Origin: Microcoleus sp.
GTDB lineage: Bacteria > Cyanobacteriota > Cyanobacteriia > Cyanobacteriales > Microcoleaceae
Assembly (NCBI GenBank): GCA_052279835.1
Contig: CP181291.1
Span: 3,936,001 to 4,000,000 of the forward strand
Length of the DNA stretch: 64,000 nucleotides
Direction: 5' to 3'
Shown: in pieces, positions 1 to 10,925 of the stretch
Layout: every line of letters starts with the position of its first letter
How positions within the stretch are numbered: the first letter of the stretch is position 1
The notes under the pieces: generated by a model
The model's database searches: none
Told to the model about the DNA's origin: nothing
What the model saw: only the letters and a program-made list of their open reading frames with translations
Made by a program: the position numbers and the translations under genes

Positions 1-969
1 CCCTTCGAGTCAAAAAATCTCAAGTTTTCTTACCTCAAAACTGAGCCAGTTTGGTTTGGTCGTCTGAATTTTGCAGCTAAAATACTGATTAACTTAGTTC
101 AAAAACGCCCTGAACGAGTTTTCTGCGGTCACATTAACCTCGCACCGCTGATTCAAACTTTGTGCGAACCTTTAGGAATTCCTTACACGATTTTAACTTA
201 TGGTAAGGAAGTTTGGGAAACACTGCCACCTAAATATCAAATAGCGATGAGCAAAGCTGATAGTATTTGGACTATTAGCAGGTATACCCGCGATCGCACT
301 TGCTGCAATAATCACTTAAGTCCTGAAAAATTCCACCTAGTCCCTTGTATAGTCGATGAAAATTTATTTACGATCGGTCCCAAATCGGAGGATTTATTGG
401 TAAAATACAATCTGAGTGGTGCTAAAGTATTGATGACTGTCGCCAGATTGCGATCGACTGATAGTTACAAAGGTGTCGATGTCACAATTAAAGCTTTGCC
501 ACAAATAGCGCTAACTTTCCCGAATGTGAAATACTTAGTGATTGGACGCGGAGACGATGAATCGAGATTAGCCAAAATTGCAGCAGATTTGGGAGTGGCT
601 GAAAGAGTAATATTTGCGGGTTTTGTACCCACGGAAAATTTAGCGTCACATTACCGACTTGCTGATGCTTACGTGATGCCTTCTTGGGAAGGATTTGGTA
701 TAGTTTACTTGGAAGCACTTGCTTGTGGAATACCCGTACTGGCGGGAGATGCCGACGGTTCAGCCGAGCCGCTGCAAGATGGTAAACTGGGATGGCGAGT
801 TCCTCACCGCAATCCAGGCGCAGTAGCAGTTGCTTGTATAGAAATGCTTCAGGGGGAGGATAAAAGGTGCGATCGCCACTGGTTGAGGGAACAAACCATA
901 GTAGAGTTTAGTTTTGGAGCCCTTTGTCAATCGATAGCAAAGATTTTTAATATATTTGGGCCAGATTGA
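1..969 (+). CDS. Glycosyltransferase family 4 (5' end lies outside the window)
   Basis: GT-B motif EGFGIVYLEALACG; the frame is open upstream of the ORF-track start. Confidence 0.85.
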   Translation, partial: PFESKNLKFSYLKTEPVWFGRLNFAAKILINLVQKRPERVFCGHINLAPLIQTLCEPLGIPYTILTYGKEVWETLPPKYQIAMSKADSIWTISRYTRDRTCCNNHLSPEKFHLVPCIVDENLFTIGPKSEDLLVKYNLSGAKVLMTVARLRSTDSYKGVDVTIKALPQIALTFPNVKYLVIGRGDDESRLAKIAADLGVAERVIFAGFVPTENLASHYRLADAYVMPSWEGFGIVYLEALACGIPVLAGDADGSAEPLQDGKLGWRVPHRNPGAVAVACIEMLQGEDKRCDRHWLREQTIVEFSFGALCQSIAKIFNIFGPD

Positions 970-1087
970 GTGGCGTCAGAATACCTAGAACCCCGCAGCA
1001 CTTTCAGAAGTCCGGGATCTAACAGAATATAATAGTCGTTTAGGGAGGTAGAATGGAAAAATTAACTCCCAGACTACTGAGAATTTA

Positions 1088-1519
1088 TTGGTTAGGATAG
1101 AACTATGCCTACCTGCAAAGACACCCAAGGAGACCATCGTGAACCAAGGCACCCCCAAAATTTCTTTAAAGCTACCCGCTATTAGCAATTGGCTGATACT
1201 CTTGGGAATCGCGTGGCTGTTTGCGTCACTGGGTTTGGGTTGGGTAGTTAAATCGATTTTTATTTTAGTAGGTTTTTTGCTACTTACACCTGTGGTTGCT
1301 TTTTTTGGTCTCCAGTGGTGGCTGAAACGCAACTTGGTTGAAAGTAAATGTCCCGTCTGTGGGAATGAATTTACAGCGTTAAATCAAACTCAGTGTCAGT
1401 GTGCCAACTGCGGTGAACCTTTGAAGGTAGAACAAGGTCATTTTAGTAGGTTGACACCGCCCGGTACGATCGATGTTACCGCAGTTGAAGTGTCAGCCGT
1501 GCAACAGTTGGAAGAATAG
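1088..1519 (+). CDS. Membrane protein with zinc ribbon (real start may be the GTG near 1139)
   Basis: Two hydrophobic segments, then CPVC...CANC. Confidence 0.7.
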   Translation: MVRIELCLPAKTPKETIVNQGTPKISLKLPAISNWLILLGIAWLFASLGLGWVVKSIFILVGFLLLTPVVAFFGLQWWLKRNLVESKCPVCGNEFTALNQTQCQCANCGEPLKVEQGHFSRLTPPGTIDVTAVEVSAVQQLEE

Positions 1520-1534
1520 TTAAAACAACAAATT

Positions 1535-1783
1535 TTACTTTTCCAAACGGACTGCGTACCACTGCAAAAACTTTCCAGGACCAACATCTAATTCACAATA
1601 AGTATTAATTAAATACTTGGCTTGCTCTTCCACAGAAGATATTTTTTGCACATCAGGGGGCAACTCTTCCTGGGAAGATGCTAAAATAGCTGTGAGCTTT
1701 TCTAATAATTCCGCAACGGTCAAAAACTGCTCTGGTTGATTAGTTTCTAGCACTACAAACGTATCTTCATCATACAGTGACAT
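1535..1783 (-). CDS. crr7: Chlororespiratory reduction 7 (CRR7)-like NDH assembly protein
   Basis: FVVLETNQPEQFLT...CELDVGPGKFLQWYAVRLEK resembles the CRR7 family. Confidence 0.8.
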   Translation of the reverse strand: MSLYDEDTFVVLETNQPEQFLTVAELLEKLTAILASSQEELPPDVQKISSVEEQAKYLINTYCELDVGPGKFLQWYAVRLEK

Positions 1784-1968
1784 AGTTTCAGAGGTTGAGG
1801 TTAATTATTTCTAAAGTTTTGTGGAATTAAGCGATCGAACTATAAAGTCTTATTGAGAGCGACAAGGCCCAAGGGTTCGATCGTGTTACAATTAAGCACC
1901 GTCAGAATTCCTATCGGATTACCGTTATTAACTTAGTTGTTAACAGAGCCGATCCAGCACTTCTGAGG

Positions 1969-2010
1969 AAATTTGTCAAGTGCAAATTTGTCAAGTGTCA
2001 AATTGTCAAG
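1969..2010 (+). promoter_or_regulatory. Three direct repeats (AA(A/T)TTGTCAAG, 15-bp period) upstream of sir; possible operator
   Basis: aaatttgtcaagtgc / aaatttgtcaagtgt / caaattgtcaag. Confidence 0.45.
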
Positions 2011-2058
2011 AAATATTCGATCGATCCTTATCTAATTATAACGGATACTATACATTCC

Positions 2059-4047
2059 ATGACTACATCTTCCACTTCAGCGCCAGTGGCGCGCAAACCC
2101 TCTAAATCCGAAGGCCTCAAAGAACGCAGCAACTATTTACGAGAACCCGTTGCGACTGAATTGTTACAAGAAACCACCCACTTCACCGAAGACGGGATTC
2201 AGATTCTCAAATTTCACGGCTCCTACCAGCAAGACAACCGCGACAATCGAGTTAAAGGCCAAGAAAAAGACTATCAGTTCATGCTGCGCACCCGCAATCC
2301 CGGCGGTTTCGTGCCCCCGCAGCTATACCTCACCCTAGACAAGCTATCGGAAGAATACGGCAACCACACCCTCCGGGTGACTACTAGACAAGGGTTCCAA
2401 ATTCACGGCGTGCTGAAGAAAAATCTAAAAGTAGTGTTTTCCTCAATTATTAAAAATATGGGGTCAACCTTGGGAGCTTGTGGCGACTTGAACCGCAACG
2501 TTATGGCACCGCCAGCACCGTACAAAAATCGGCCAGAATACCAGTATGCACTGCAATACGCCAATAATGTCGCCGATTTGCTGACACCGCAAACGGGGGC
2601 TTATTACGAAATTTGGCTGGATGGGGAAAAAGCTGTTAGTGCTCAAGAAGACCCCGCGGTGAAAGCAGCCAGACAGTCCAATGGCAATGGTACAATATTT
2701 CACGACGATCGCGAAGAACCGATTTACGGCCAGCACTATATGCCGCGGAAGTTCAAATGTTCCGTGACAGTACCGGGAGATAATTCCGTTGACTTGTACT
2801 CTCAGGATTTGAGCTTAGTAGTATTTACCAACGAAGCTGGGGAGTTGGAAGGTTTTAACGTGTTTGCTGGCGGTGGTTTGGGCCGCACTCACAATAAAGA
2901 AGAGACGTTTGCGCGGGTTGCTGATGAGATTTGCTATGTTGCCAAGGATGATGTTTACAATTTGGTCAAGGCAATTGTAGCAACTCAAAGAGATTTTGGC
3001 GATCGCACAGACAGAAGACACGCCCGACTGAAATACCTAATTCACGACAAAGGTGTAAAGTGGTTCCAGGAAAAAGTAGCCGAATATTTTGGCAAGCCAC
3101 TAGAACAGTTTAAACCCTTGCCAGAATGGAAGTATTTCGATTTCTTGGGGTGGCACGAACAAGGAGACGGTAAACTGTTTTTGGGAATTTCTGTAGAAAA
3201 TGGCCGGATTAAAGATGAAGGTTCATTCCAGCTAAAAACCGCCTTGCGGGAAATCGTGCAGAAACATAACTTGCCGATGTTGGTGACACCGCACCAAAAT
3301 GTGCTGATTTATGATATTTCACCAAACATCAAACAGGAAATTCAGGGAATTCTATCACGGTGTGGGATTCAGGGCGAAACTGCGATCGACCCCTTAGTCC
3401 GCTATGCTATGGCTTGTCCTGCGATGCCGACTTGCGGCTTGGCGATTACCGAGTCAGAGCGCGTGATACCGAGCATTTTAGAGCGAATTCGGGCGCTGTT
3501 GACCAAAGTCGGCTTAGAAAACGAACATTTTGTAGTGCGAATGACTGGTTGCCCCAATGGATGCGCCCGCCCTTATATGGCAGAATTGGGATTTGTCGGG
3601 AGCTCGCCGGAATCTTACCAGATTTGGCTAGGCGGTTCTCCTGAACAAACGAGGCTGGCAAAACCAATTGAGGAAAAGCTGCACGTCAACGACTTTGAAG
3701 CTTTTCTAGAGCCAATTTTTGTTTATTTTAAACAAAAACAGCAACAAAGTGAGAGTTTTGGCAATTTTTGCGATCGCGTCGGGTTAGAATCTATCCGTCA
3801 ATTTATAACCAACTACCAATCTGCTGACTCGATGACAACTGAGATTAATGAATTAGAAGTTACATCTAGTAACGAAAATGAGAACGAGACAGCCGCGGCT
3901 ACTGGTAAAGTCCGTCGCCGAATTAGCGTTCGCGATGAAATTTACAACGAGCTCAAAGAAGAAGCAGCCCGTCAGGGTAAGCCAATCACGCAGCTAGCGA
4001 CAGAGGCAATTTCAACTTATTTGAACAAGATTAAGGAGGAAGCATAA
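2059..4047 (+). CDS. sir: Ferredoxin-sulfite reductase with C-terminal RHH-like extension
   Basis: [13 protein letters not shown]; siroheme/4Fe-4S ligands CPAMPTC and TGCPNGC. Confidence 0.95.
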   Translation: MTTSSTSAPVARKPSKSEGLKERSNYLREPVATELLQETTHFTEDGIQILKFHGSYQQDNRDNRVKGQEKDYQFMLRTRNPGGFVPPQLYLTLDKLSEEYGNHTLRVTTRQGFQIHGVLKKNLKVVFSSIIKNMGSTLGACGDLNRNVMAPPAPYKNRPEYQYALQYANNVADLLTPQTGAYYEIWLDGEKAVSAQEDPAVKAARQSNGNGTIFHDDREEPIYGQHYMPRKFKCSVTVPGDNSVDLYSQDLSLVVFTNEAGELEGFNVFAGGGLGRTHNKEETFARVADEICYVAKDDVYNLVKAIVATQRDFGDRTDRRHARLKYLIHDKGVKWFQEKVAEYFGKPLEQFKPLPEWKYFDFLGWHEQGDGKLFLGISVENGRIKDEGSFQLKTALREIVQKHNLPMLVTPHQNVLIYDISPNIKQEIQGILSRCGIQGETAIDPLVRYAMACPAMPTCGLAITESERVIPSILERIRALLTKVGLENEHFVVRMTGCPNGCARPYMAELGFVGSSPESYQIWLGGSPEQTRLAKPIEEKLHVNDFEAFLEPIFVYFKQKQQQSESFGNFCDRVGLESIRQFITNYQSADSMTTEINELEVTSSNENENETAAATGKVRRRISVRDEIYNELKEEAARQGKPITQLATEAISTYLNKIKEEA

Positions 4048-4245
4048 GCAAATTTCCGATTGTCTGCAATAGACCTCTGAAACAAGTAGTATAAAGGCAA
4101 AGCATTGGCATAAAAAAACCTAGAATTTATCCAATAATTCCCGTGGTTATAAATGCTTTGCCTTTCTCCTCTCTTCCTCTGCGTTCTCTGCGCTCTCTGC
4201 GGTTAAATAAAAAAATATAAGAGAAAACGAGCAATCCAAAATGCA

Positions 4246-5058
4246 ATGGCTCAATTACAAAGACTAGCAGTTAATGCCCCCAAAAAATCCGACAAATCGA
4301 TAGACTTAAGCGTCGAACAACAACATTATTTACATCGCGTACTCAGGTTACAAGCAGGCGATAAATTTATTGCAATGGACGGAAGAGGGCATTGGTGGCT
4401 AGCAGTCCTAGAAGCCCAGGAAACAGGGTTAATTGCGTCGATAATAGAAGAAATCGCCATAGACAAGGAGCTTGCCGTCGAGGTTAGTTTGATGGCTGCC
4501 TTGCCCAAGGGAAACGGGTTTGATGAGGTTGTCAGACAGGCGACGGAATTGGGTGTGGCAAGTATTGTACCGGTGACGAGCGATCGCACTTTGCTGAAAC
4601 CGAGTCCTCAAAAAGTCGATCGTTGGAGGCGGATTGCAGCGGAGGCGGCGGAACAGTCGGAACGTCAATTTGTGCCCACGATTTTTGAGCCTGTTTCCTT
4701 TGATTTAGCGGTGAAAGATTGCAGTCAAAAATATCGATATATTTGTGAGGCTCGTGGGGATAATCGGCATTTGTGGGATTGTTTGATGGAATTAGAACCC
4801 CCCCAGCCCCCCTTGGTAAGGGGGGAGCAAGGATTAGAACCCGCCTTTGTAGGGGCGGTGCCCCCGTGCCCGCCCCCTGGGAGAGAATTATCGATTGTCA
4901 TAGCAATTGGCCCGGAGGGTGGATGGACGGAGGGTGAGGTGAAAAGGGCGATCGAGTTTGGTTTTGAGCCTGTTTCTTTAGGAAGTAGAATTCTCAGGGC
5001 AGTCACTGCTCCAATTGTCGCTTTATCTTTAGTTGGAACGATATTTGAAAAATCTTAA
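4246..5058 (+). CDS. rsmE: 16S rRNA m3U1498 methyltransferase with in-frame repeat insertion
   Basis: EAAEQSER, IGPEGGW and SLGSRILRAVTA SPOUT motifs. Confidence 0.92.
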   Translation: MAQLQRLAVNAPKKSDKSIDLSVEQQHYLHRVLRLQAGDKFIAMDGRGHWWLAVLEAQETGLIASIIEEIAIDKELAVEVSLMAALPKGNGFDEVVRQATELGVASIVPVTSDRTLLKPSPQKVDRWRRIAAEAAEQSERQFVPTIFEPVSFDLAVKDCSQKYRYICEARGDNRHLWDCLMELEPPQPPLVRGEQGLEPAFVGAVPPCPPPGRELSIVIAIGPEGGWTEGEVKRAIEFGFEPVSLGSRILRAVTAPIVALSLVGTIFEKS

Positions 5059-5138
5059 TATATCGAAAAAAATCAAGATACTTGCTTGGTTTGGCAATCG
5101 CAGGTAAAATGTAAATGAGTAACTATCGCAGGAGTAAT

Positions 5139-5378
5139 ATGTTACAGTCAATAGAAGGCATATATCGAAATGGCAAAATAGAGTTATTGGAAATGCCGGC
5201 AGACATAGAAGAAGCACAAGTTATTGTTACTTTTCTGCCCAAATCAGGGTTGATAGACTTACCATCTCGCGGCATCGATCGGGAACAAGCCTCAGATTTA
5301 AGGTTGCGGCTGACGAGATTTGCTCCTGATTGGGAACGACCAGAAATGGATGTTTATGATGCCTTATCATCGCGGTGA
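5139..5378 (+). CDS. Putative antitoxin
   Basis: Small ORF (IEGIYRNGKIEL ... WERPEMDVYD) overlapping the start of a PemK toxin. Confidence 0.7.
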   Translation: MLQSIEGIYRNGKIELLEMPADIEEAQVIVTFLPKSGLIDLPSRGIDREQASDLRLRLTRFAPDWERPEMDVYDALSSR

Positions 5379-5706
5379 TATCGTACTGGTTTTGTTTCCC
5401 AATGCAGACTTGCGTACTGCGAAACGTCGTCCTGCTTTGATAGTTCAAGCTAATAATCTGGGGAATGGTTTTGGACAAACAATTACGGCAATGATTACTA
5501 GCAATTTAGTGCGTTCTGGACACCCAAGCCGCGTTTTTGTTTCCTTAGCAACAGCGGAAGGAAAGCAAACGGGATTGTTAGCTGATTCGGTAATTATGAC
5601 CGACAATCTTGTGACGCTTCTCGAAGTTGAAATCGATCGCAAAATTGGTGTTTTGTCAGATATGGGAGCAGTAGATGCAGCACTCAAGCATACTTTAGCA
5701 ATCTGA
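5359..5706 (+). CDS. PemK/MazF family toxin
   Basis: RGDIVLVLFP...KRRPALIVQ...ITS motifs. Confidence 0.88.
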   Translation: MPYHRGDIVLVLFPNADLRTAKRRPALIVQANNLGNGFGQTITAMITSNLVRSGHPSRVFVSLATAEGKQTGLLADSVIMTDNLVTLLEVEIDRKIGVLSDMGAVDAALKHTLAI

Positions 5707-5955
5707 TAAACAGGGCGAATCGAATTCAGTAAATATGAAAACAAATTTTAAATTAATCAGGCCTACCATTTCTGCGGTAAAGAAAAATTATCAAATAGGT
5801 GAGTAGACTAGCCATCAAAAAAAAGTCTAGAAACATAATAATTACTAATTTCTCTCTGCTCTCTCTGCGTTCTCTGCGTCCTCTGTGGTTAAATAATTCC
5901 GAATTATCCATTGCAAAACCACCAAAAATTCATAAAATAGGTAAATTCAGAACCC

Positions 5956-6435
5956 ATGAAAATAGATTTGAATAAAGGTCGATCGCGCTTTTGGTCGTTA
6001 GCGTTAGCGAAGCGATCCGTTCGCCGAAGGCGTTCCCGAAGGGTAGGAAAGCCCTCGAAGAGGATCGCACTTTTGGCAATAGTCGGTACAATATCAATTT
6101 TCGCACAATCTGGGCGCTCTGTCATGGCTCAACAACTTAATTGCGATCGGCCCCAAGGCGATGTAGAAGTTAGAGCCTGTATTCGGTTGAGGTATGAACT
6201 CGCAGACAAGCGGCTGAATGATGTTTACAAACAACTGATTGCTAAGTTGAATGGGGAAGAGAAAGCCCTACTTGCAGAAGCACAATTAGGATGGATTAAA
6301 GTGCGAGATAATAGCTGCGAATTTGAAGTGTATAAAAATCGTGGCGGTAGTGGGTTTCAAGGTTTTTTGAATGAATGTTTGGAGCGAATGACTAAACAGC
6401 GTACAGCCGAATTAGAGAAATATTTACAGAAATAA
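5956..6435 (+). CDS. LprI/DUF1311 lysozyme-inhibitor-like secreted protein
   Basis: ADKRLNDVYKQL...AQLGWIKVRDNSC...CLERMTKQRTAEL. Confidence 0.8.
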   Translation: MKIDLNKGRSRFWSLALAKRSVRRRRSRRVGKPSKRIALLAIVGTISIFAQSGRSVMAQQLNCDRPQGDVEVRACIRLRYELADKRLNDVYKQLIAKLNGEEKALLAEAQLGWIKVRDNSCEFEVYKNRGGSGFQGFLNECLERMTKQRTAELEKYLQK

Positions 6436-6452
6436 AGGAGGAATAGCAATCG

Positions 6453-7028
6453 ATGCTAAAGTTAAACAATCTCACCAAGTTTGTCACATTACTAATCGGC
6501 ACAATTGTCATTTTTGCGGTTTGGGTAACATCTGTCAATGCTCAAGCGCAACTCACAGAGCGATCGCAACTAGCGCTTAATGGTATTGGTCCGATCCGAG
6601 TAGGAATGACCGTTGATGAAGCCTCAAAATCTGCTGGAGTTAAATTAATTAAAAGTGGGAGTGGTGGTCCTGACGAATATGAATGTTCCTACGTTCACCC
6701 ACAGGTCGCACCAAAAGAAATTGGCTTTATGGTAGTAAAAGGTCGTATTGCTAGAGTAGATATTAACAACAAGCGCATGACCACCCTCAGAGGAGCAAAA
6801 ATCGGGAATACTCAAGAGCAAATTATGAAGCTGTATCCAGGACAAATTAAAGTAACTCCACATCATTATGTTAGCGCTCCACCTCAAAATGGTAAATATT
6901 TAACTTTTGTCCCCAAAGATGCGGCGGACAAAAACTACCGGCTCGTTTTTGAGACTAGCAAAAATCGTGTAGATCGCTTCCGTTCTGGGAAACTTCCTGA
7001 AGTTGAGTATATAGAAGGTTGTTCGTAA
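6453..7028 (+). CDS. Secreted hypothetical protein
   Basis: Signal peptide; GIGPIRVGMT...EGCS; RBS AAGGAGG. Confidence 0.7.
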   Translation: MLKLNNLTKFVTLLIGTIVIFAVWVTSVNAQAQLTERSQLALNGIGPIRVGMTVDEASKSAGVKLIKSGSGGPDEYECSYVHPQVAPKEIGFMVVKGRIARVDINNKRMTTLRGAKIGNTQEQIMKLYPGQIKVTPHHYVSAPPQNGKYLTFVPKDAADKNYRLVFETSKNRVDRFRSGKLPEVEYIEGCS

Positions 7029-7079
7029 TCAGGAAAGTAATTTTTTGGGATATTTTAGTTCAAACAAAAAGGGAAAATT

Positions 7080-7679
7080 ATGAAAATGCGGTCTATTGTT
7101 GGAATTATAATCAGTTGTACAGTGTTGGGAGTTTACTCTCTCACAAAACTCCCAACTGTAACGGCCCAGCGGCCAAATCAAGGGAAATTGCTAGCCAATG
7201 CTCAACTATCTGACAGACAAACCAATCAGCTTAAGTCTCTCGGAGTTAAAGTTGCCGTTCCTAGCTATATTCCCGCCGGATTTCAGGTGGCGAGCGTTCA
7301 AGTTAAACCTTGTCCTTCAGGAGTCCGCCGTTTTTGCCCTAACTACGCAATTATCTATCGCAACCCCAATAACTCTTGCTTTGCTATTGAATCCACCGGT
7401 GGCGGTATTGGCGATATGCCATCGGCTGACTTGGAGCAGAGTTATCCAGTCAACAATTCAATATTGGGCAAAAGCGAAGTGTTAAAATATCGTAAAAACG
7501 ATCGACTTTCTGGCCCTACTTTAATAGGATCTTGGATGGGTAAAGGCCCATTTTACAGATTTACTGGTGCGGGTTCTCGTCTTTTCTTAGATACCCCGCC
7601 TCCAGAGTTATCTAATTGTAAGGACATTAGCCCCCAAGAAGCCGTCCGGGTTTGGGAATCTCTGCGATACTTGCCATAA
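7080..7679 (+). CDS. Secreted hypothetical protein
   Basis: Signal peptide; VPSYIPAGF; paired cysteines. Confidence 0.65.
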   Translation: MKMRSIVGIIISCTVLGVYSLTKLPTVTAQRPNQGKLLANAQLSDRQTNQLKSLGVKVAVPSYIPAGFQVASVQVKPCPSGVRRFCPNYAIIYRNPNNSCFAIESTGGGIGDMPSADLEQSYPVNNSILGKSEVLKYRKNDRLSGPTLIGSWMGKGPFYRFTGAGSRLFLDTPPPELSNCKDISPQEAVRVWESLRYLP

Positions 7680-7795
7680 AACCCTCAAATAATAGCAGCA
7701 TAGTGTTCTTATTCTTGGGCGATCGCACCAGCAAAGGTACTTACACATTAAGCGTTAATTCCAATCAACTTTAATATAACTGACGCACGGGTGGC

Positions 7796-7862
7796 CAGAA
7801 ACCGGGTTTTTTTGCATTATACTTCGTTACAGCCCACAAAAGCCGCAAAAAACCCGGTTTCT
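7796..7862. repeat. Dispersed palindromic repeat AGAAACCGGGTTT...AAACCCGGTTTCT; other copies near 31950-32012, 33755-33790, 42430-42490 and 59210-59275
   Basis: Inverted arms seen directly in each copy. Confidence 0.8.
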
Positions 7863-7908
7863 TTGGTTCTGATGGGTAACTCCTGTTTAACAAACATCCG
7901 CCCCTATA

Positions 7909-8526
7909 TTACAGTTTTTGAATTAGACTGCTTTTGAAAACCCCATCGACAGTCACGTCTAATTCAGGAAAAGTTGGAGAAATAATGCGATCGCAGCCTG
8001 TAAACCTCTCAACCTGGTAATTCCCATCTACTAAACGGTAAACAAAAACGCTAGGAACTTTTGGATTACCCAGATAATATCGAGATGCGATCGCCAAAAA
8101 ATCCACAATCCAATACTCAAAAATACCTAACCGTTGATATTCATCTAACTTATCAACATAATCATCTTCCCAATTAGTTGACACCACCTCAACGGCTAAC
8201 TGAATCGGTTCCCTTAAAGCACCATAAGCTAATACATTGCTATTCCACAACAAGCCACTTACCACCCCCACATCAGGATTTCTACCTTGTTCTTGTCCCC
8301 CAGCCGTTACAGTTCTAACTCGGATGTCCTTATCAACGATATAATCAAGTCCTAAACGTTCGTTTTCTCCATCAAAACACTTGACCAGATAGCGCGCCAC
8401 ATTTTTATGAGCTCTTGTTGCGTCCACCTCGACAATTTCTCCGTTTACAAGTTCGTAGATGCCATAACCATCGGGATAATGTTCGAGGAAATCCTCAAAA
8501 GAAAGTTTAACTGCTGTTTGCACCAT
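7909..8526 (-). CDS. Uma2 family endonuclease-like protein
   Basis: PD...AVEVVS...DKLDEYQRLGIFEYWIVD. Confidence 0.9.
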   Translation of the reverse strand: MVQTAVKLSFEDFLEHYPDGYGIYELVNGEIVEVDATRAHKNVARYLVKCFDGENERLGLDYIVDKDIRVRTVTAGGQEQGRNPDVGVVSGLLWNSNVLAYGALREPIQLAVEVVSTNWEDDYVDKLDEYQRLGIFEYWIVDFLAIASRYYLGNPKVPSVFVYRLVDGNYQVERFTGCDRIISPTFPELDVTVDGVFKSSLIQKL

Positions 8527-8589
8527 AACTATTTTTTTTTATACTTGTGTGTTAATTCTAATCATTTTTAACTAAACTTAAACCAACCG

Positions 8590-8799
8590 CTACGCAAACT
8601 CAAAAACAGGTGTTTCAATCACCCTAGTAGGCTTTCTATCTTCCCAAATCATCTTCTGTAATCGTTCCACAGTCTCAGGCGAAAAAAATCGCTCTCCCGT
8701 TTCCAAACACACTGTAGCAGGAACATTTTCAATAATAATAAACTTACCAGAGATTTCCAGCGTGTAAGTTACCTTTTGTTCCACCATCGTTTCTGGCAA
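8590..8799 (-). CDS. YgiT-type zinc-finger / MqsA-N-like protein
   Basis: IIENVPATVCLETGERFFSPET. Confidence 0.75.
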   Translation of the reverse strand: MPETMVEQKVTYTLEISGKFIIIENVPATVCLETGERFFSPETVERLQKMIWEDRKPTRVIETPVFEFA

Positions 8800-8925
8800 A
8801 ATGTCATTTTATATCTATAAGTTAACATATCTATAATTTAACATATCAAAGCAAAAATTATTAACCAGTGGCGAAACCAACCCAACATCAGCCAATATAG
8901 AAACAACCTCATTCCCCCAACCACC

Positions 8926-10078
8926 ATGACAGACATCCACCAAATCGTCACCGCCCTAGAAGACAAAGAATACAAACAAGCCGCCCAACTCATCAAACAA
9001 CTACAAACAGAATCCCCAGAAAATCCCTGGGTGAAATACTACATGGCCCGTTACTACGAACTCACCAATAATCCCAAAAAAGCCGAAGCCACCTACAAAC
9101 AAATACTCCGCGACATCACCAACCCCAAAATCATCTCCCAAGCCCGCCAAGGGATTCAACGCATTGAAACCGCAACACAAGATAGACTCCAAGAAGCCAT
9201 AGAAACCGCCAAAAACGACCCCAGCAACCTCGAACCAGCACTCCTCATCCTGGAAGCAGTCAGCCCCGAAGACAAACCCGCAGCCATCCAAAATATCAGC
9301 AGAATCTTTCAAACCGACGCCTATACAACTCGGATGCAAGTTCAAAGCCGCGGCTGGAGACTCTATAAAACCGGCCCCATCGCCGAACTCCAAATCTACG
9401 GCGAAGAAACTCCTCAACGCCGGAATCCCCGTATTCTGGGGAACCCTAGCCGATATTCAAAAAATCCAAATCTTTCGAGTTCAACACTTCCAATCCCTGT
9501 CTCCCCCCATCGTCGTTTGTAAAGATACAATGGATAGACTAGGCGCGATCGCCTTTAACTGGTCAGAAATCAGCCAAAGAGTAGAAGGATTATTACCCAT
9601 GTTTATGGAAATCATGGACTACTCACCCCATCGCAGAACCGAGCAATTTCGCCACAAAGAAATCACCCAAGATTACGCTCAAATCTGCGATTTACACATC
9701 CCTAGCCGCAACTGCATTCTCCGAATTTGCGACCAAAGTTACGAATTTCAACAAGGAATTGACTTCACCCAAATTTCAGGAGATATTCCCGCTTCAGATA
9801 CCAAAAAACCCAAATCTCGTTCCCAAAAATCTCTACAAGTTCCTCAAAGTACCACCAGAATCAACTGGAATCACTTACTAGAAATGCTTGACCAACAGCT
9901 TGATGTGACAGTGTGGTCAGAATTTACTCCCTTTGCCGAGACCGTTCTCGATTACACTAATATGTTAAGCAACATCGAATCTTATGTAGAAGTCGATCGC
10001 AAATCCGAAACCCCTTGGGATGCAGCTTTCCAGCTATACAGCGGATTAGCCTTCCTAAAAAACCTAGGAAATAGGTAA
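8926..10078 (+). CDS. TPR-containing protein split by a +1 frameshift at 9407-9409
   Basis: Removing one A joins ORF 8926-9522 to ORF 9530-10078 (GEELLNAGIPVFWGTLADIQ...). Confidence 0.75.
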
Positions 10079-10187
10079 TAGTAATAAAAACTTAAATATT
10101 AAAAATCACAAACACCCGTGTTAAATTTTTAATATTACTATTTGCAATTTTCCAATATCCTATTACCTATTACCTATTACCTATTAC

Positions 10188-10619
10188 CTACTTGGTTTTT
10201 ACCTGACGAGCCATTTCCCGGAAATTATTCATGCTGGGTCCAGGAGTCCTACGGCTGGTATTTGGTGTTGGCATTAAATTATTAGGAGCAAAGGTCCGAG
10301 TCGGTTCGCTAGAACTCGGTACTTTTCCGTTAGTTGCTGCTGCTGTGGCTACTTTCACAGGTTCTTTTTCTGGCTGAGGCTTTTTGGCCGTTTCTGTCTT
10401 GGCTTTCTTGGCGGGTTCCGATTTGGGAGCACTCGCTTTTGCTACTGCTGGGACTGCGACTACTGGTTCAGGCTGTTTAGCAGCAGCAAGCTCAACTTTC
10501 GGTGACTCCTTCCCATCAGAGTTTCCCAAATCTAGAAAATATTCAGACTTTTTGAAGCCCAACAATCCGCCGATAAACCCGAAAATAGCACCGAAGAAAT
10601 TTTTGATAAAACCAAACAT
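10188..10619 (-). CDS. Cyanobacterial hypothetical protein (Ala/Pro/Lys-rich)
   Basis: 143-aa ORF ending RRTPGPSMNNFREMARQVK. Confidence 0.7.
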   Translation of the reverse strand: MFGFIKNFFGAIFGFIGGLLGFKKSEYFLDLGNSDGKESPKVELAAAKQPEPVVAVPAVAKASAPKSEPAKKAKTETAKKPQPEKEPVKVATAAATNGKVPSSSEPTRTFAPNNLMPTPNTSRRTPGPSMNNFREMARQVKTK

Positions 10620-10925
10620 TAGATTTACTCCTTTTGTTTTTTTAGAGAAATTTGTACCAGCTTGTCAACAAAGTTAGACTACGAGGTAAAGAAACTTTTG
10701 TCTATATTTCTTCATCAAAATTTACATTTCGTGAGTAAAAACACCGCTACTATAGTAATTTTTACTCAGCAATAGTAGTCTGAGCTTTGCACTTATTTAC
10801 GATTATCTCAGAATTGATGACAGATTTCCGACTTAACTCGATCCGATTGGTCATCTGTCCCACTAGGGGTCAAACTCCCTAGGTTAGTGATTTATGCTGT
10901 AGTCGATCAGAAATTTCCTCTCCAA

